A stretch of DNA of 36,136 nucleotides from a virus. Taxonomy: Duplodnaviria; Caudoviricetes. The stretch lies in IMG/VR virus record IMGVR_UViG_3300025773_000003, positions 1 through 36,136 of that record. One strand, 5' to 3'. The translations under genes and the position numbers were made by a program. Positions 34,504-36,136 of this stretch are shown here, one piece after another. How positions within the stretch are numbered: position 1 is the first letter of the stretch; every line of letters begins with the position of its first letter. A model generated the notes under the pieces. The model was not told where the DNA came from. It was given only the letters and a program-made list of their open reading frames with translations, and made no database searches.

Positions 34504-34795
34504 TTGGCTTTACAAACCTGACTTCGATAGCCTGCAAGAGGTTATTGCCCTCTGCATCTTCTATGCTTGTAGATTGATGCGCTTTGCCATCGATACGATC
34601 CATGATCTCTTTGACTGCCCATGCTTCACCTTCTTGAGCAGAGTCAACTAGCGTTTCTACAATCTTTTCTAGCTTTTGAGGATTCTGAGTCAGATGACGC
34701 TTAATCTGGTCAAAGAACAGCTTATTCTTCGTAGCGTTCTTATTCCCCTTCATGCTTTCAGCAATCTTGGCGTTCTTGTCTAACTCAGTTTCCAT
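34496..34795 (-). CDS. terS: Terminase small subunit (putative)
   Basis: Overlaps the terL start; KGNKNA and WAVKEIMDRIDGKA segments. Confidence 0.7.
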   Translation of the reverse strand: METELDKNAKIAESMKGNKNATKNKLFFDQIKRHLTQNPQKLEKIVETLVDSAQEGEAWAVKEIMDRIDGKAHQSTSIEDAEGNNLLQAIEVRFVKPSE

Positions 34796-34818
34796 ATTCT
34801 TGAATTATAAATACTTTT

Positions 34819-34872
34819 TGTTGTATTTACGCAACATTTTGGCTGTCATCAGATTGTTGTATTTCTGCAACG
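34819..34872. promoter_or_regulatory. Tandem TGTTG-N8-CAACA palindromes upstream of terS
   Basis: TGTTG TATTTACG CAACA (34819-34836) and TGTTG TATTTCTG CAACG (34855-34872); minus TATAAT at 34809-34804. Confidence 0.6.
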
Positions 34873-35015
34873 TTTGTCTGTTTGATAGCTTGTACTTGTG
34901 CTGTAGCCTGTCCATGAATCTTAGCGATCAATCCTGCTACTTCTGCATAAGCAGCGTTACCAACGTGTTTAAGGATTGCCTCTACTTCAGCTATCTCAAG
35001 ATTAAGATTAATCAT
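34827..35015 (-). CDS. Small hypothetical protein
   Basis: ATGA coupling; EVAGLIAKIHGQA segment. Confidence 0.7.
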   Translation of the reverse strand: MINLNLEIAEVEAILKHVGNAAYAEVAGLIAKIHGQATAQVQAIKQTNVAEIQQSDDSQNVA

Positions 35016-35320
35016 TTCTTTTTAGCCTTTGCTTTCTTAGCTTCACGCTGAACATTGAGGGCGATGGCTACAGCTTGCTTCTGTGGCTTACCACCAATTT
35101 CCATTTCAGTTTTAATGTTTTTGCTTACTGCCTTCTTGCTGGCTGATTTCACTAACGGCATTGCTTTGCTCCTTGTTGTTGCCTTCTTCAAGGCGGGTTT
35201 TGTTTTAATTTCTGCTTTGCGTGGCTCAAAGTCCTCAGTAATAGGAAAATGCCATTGATTAGATGGCTTGGGCTTTGGGCCAATGACTTTACTTAACCAA
35301 TCAATAATGCGATCAAACAT
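35012..35320 (-). CDS. Lys-rich basic protein (possible internal start at MPLVKS)
   Basis: AAGGGGGA RBS; VSKNIKTEM..GKPQKQAVAIAL segment. Confidence 0.7.
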   Translation of the reverse strand: MFDRIIDWLSKVIGPKPKPSNQWHFPITEDFEPRKAEIKTKPALKKATTRSKAMPLVKSASKKAVSKNIKTEMEIGGKPQKQAVAIALNVQREAKKAKAKKK

Positions 35321-35336
35321 ACTTCCCCCTTTAGGT

Positions 35337-35612
35337 TTAACAATTCCAATTCTTTAAACTAGCTTTGGCTCGTTCTGCTGGGCCTTTTGCTTTCTTTACT
35401 ACGCCTTCCATCCTTGCACAAAATGATGCCTTACGACCCTTATCCTTCTCAGTCTTTGGATTTGGTGCAGGAGCTTTCAGATTGCTACCATTCTTAGCAT
35501 TGTATTCAGCACGACCTTTGGCGGTCATTCCTGCGCCCTTTTCTGTAGGATTGTAGGTCTTGCCCTTGCCTGTAGTCTTATGCGGGATAGGTTTATCGTG
35601 TTTAGTAGCCAT
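35337..35612 (-). CDS. Lys-rich basic protein
   Basis: GAGMTAKGR...LKAP...RKASFCARM...WNC; TAATG coupling. Confidence 0.75.
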   Translation of the reverse strand: MATKHDKPIPHKTTGKGKTYNPTEKGAGMTAKGRAEYNAKNGSNLKAPAPNPKTEKDKGRKASFCARMEGVVKKAKGPAERAKASLKNWNC

Positions 35613-35779
35613 TATTTTTTCTTCGCAGTCTTAGCAGATTCAATAAATGCTTGCTTGGTAGGTGCGCCCTTTGTGCCAGGCTTACGCATCTTTTCTACGG
35701 GTTTACCCTCTGCTTTTTCACGCTTGATGCGTTCTTGTTTAGCGTGGATGTTTGCATAAAGACCAGGTTTAGTTGCCAT
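35612..35779 (-). CDS. Lys-rich basic microprotein
   Basis: MATKPGLYANIHAK...MRKPGTKGAPT; AAGGG RBS before ATG 35779. Confidence 0.75.
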   Translation of the reverse strand: MATKPGLYANIHAKQERIKREKAEGKPVEKMRKPGTKGAPTKQAFIESAKTAKKK

Positions 35780-35781
35780 AT

Positions 35782-36099
35782 TTACCCTTCTGTCCAGCAG
35801 ATGTCCTGCCAGCTCATTAAAAGACACTTTTCGCCATTATGGTTAATAGGTGTGAACTTAAGATACTCCTCTTTGGGATTGTCGTTCATAGTGCCAAAAC
35901 GTACTCGTTGCCCTACGGCAATCGGCATAGCTTCACGTCTTTCGGATGACAATTTCTTGCCAGGCCCTACAGCAACAACAGTTCCCATGTTCTCAGCTTC
36001 TTTGTTATAAACAATTAATACAGAGCTTAAAACACGAACATCTGGTCGGACAATGATCTTATCCGCCAGAGGTCTAAATGATACAATTTCATCAGCCAT
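35782..36099 (-). CDS. groES: GroES/Cpn10-like co-chaperonin (5' part repeated at 1-90)
   Basis: FRPLADKIIV...GTVVAVGPGK...IAVGQRVRF...LLMSWQDI pattern. Confidence 0.85.
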   Translation of the reverse strand: MADEIVSFRPLADKIIVRPDVRVLSSVLIVYNKEAENMGTVVAVGPGKKLSSERREAMPIAVGQRVRFGTMNDNPKEEYLKFTPINHNGEKCLLMSWQDICWTEG

Positions 36100-36136
36100 T
36101 TCAATATTACCCTATTGCTTTGGTTATAAACCCTGT
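36010..36136. repeat. Terminal direct repeat, copy 2
   Basis: Identical to 1-127. Confidence 0.95.

Noticed and set aside
25384-35556. Shadow ORFs in structural genes (e.g. 26271..26585, 26664..26939, 30636..31022, 32483..32713, 34752..35051)
   Set aside because: Antisense or off-frame products of biased codon usage with no independent support

Overview
This window is a complete circular dsDNA phage genome of about 36,009 bp. Bases 1-127 equal bases 36010-36136, most likely an assembly overlap. It is a P22-like short-tailed phage of a Gram-negative host (embedded Rz/Rz1 spanins), with no recognisable integrase, CI repressor, helicase, primase or polymerase. The minus-strand late arm runs GroES-like co-chaperonin, basic microproteins, terS/terL, portal, scaffold, coat, fibre modules, HNH, tail adaptor and hub, ejection proteins, then lysis. 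A plus-strand early arm holds an annealing protein, SSB-like protein, exonuclease and small genes. A minus-strand middle arm holds a Cro-like regulator, PAPS-reductase-like protein, stand-alone replication C-terminal domain, C5 methyltransferase and nucleases. A plus-strand phosphoesterase plus SprT-like protease cassette interrupts the middle arm. The most notable signals are: (1) a promoter-driven ~200-nt strand-specific structured element at 5430-5635 beside an AT-rich tract and upstream of a replication protein lacking its origin-binding domain, a candidate RNA-based origin; (2) a dual-coding C5 methyltransferase gene; (3) a ~57-nt tRNA-like small RNA whose loops complement phage ribosome-binding sites; (4) a genome-wide TGTTG-N8-CAACA palindrome at late promoters; (5) nested repeat modules in tail proteins and an array of fibre/chaperone pairs. 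All calls come from motifs read by eye; no searches were run.
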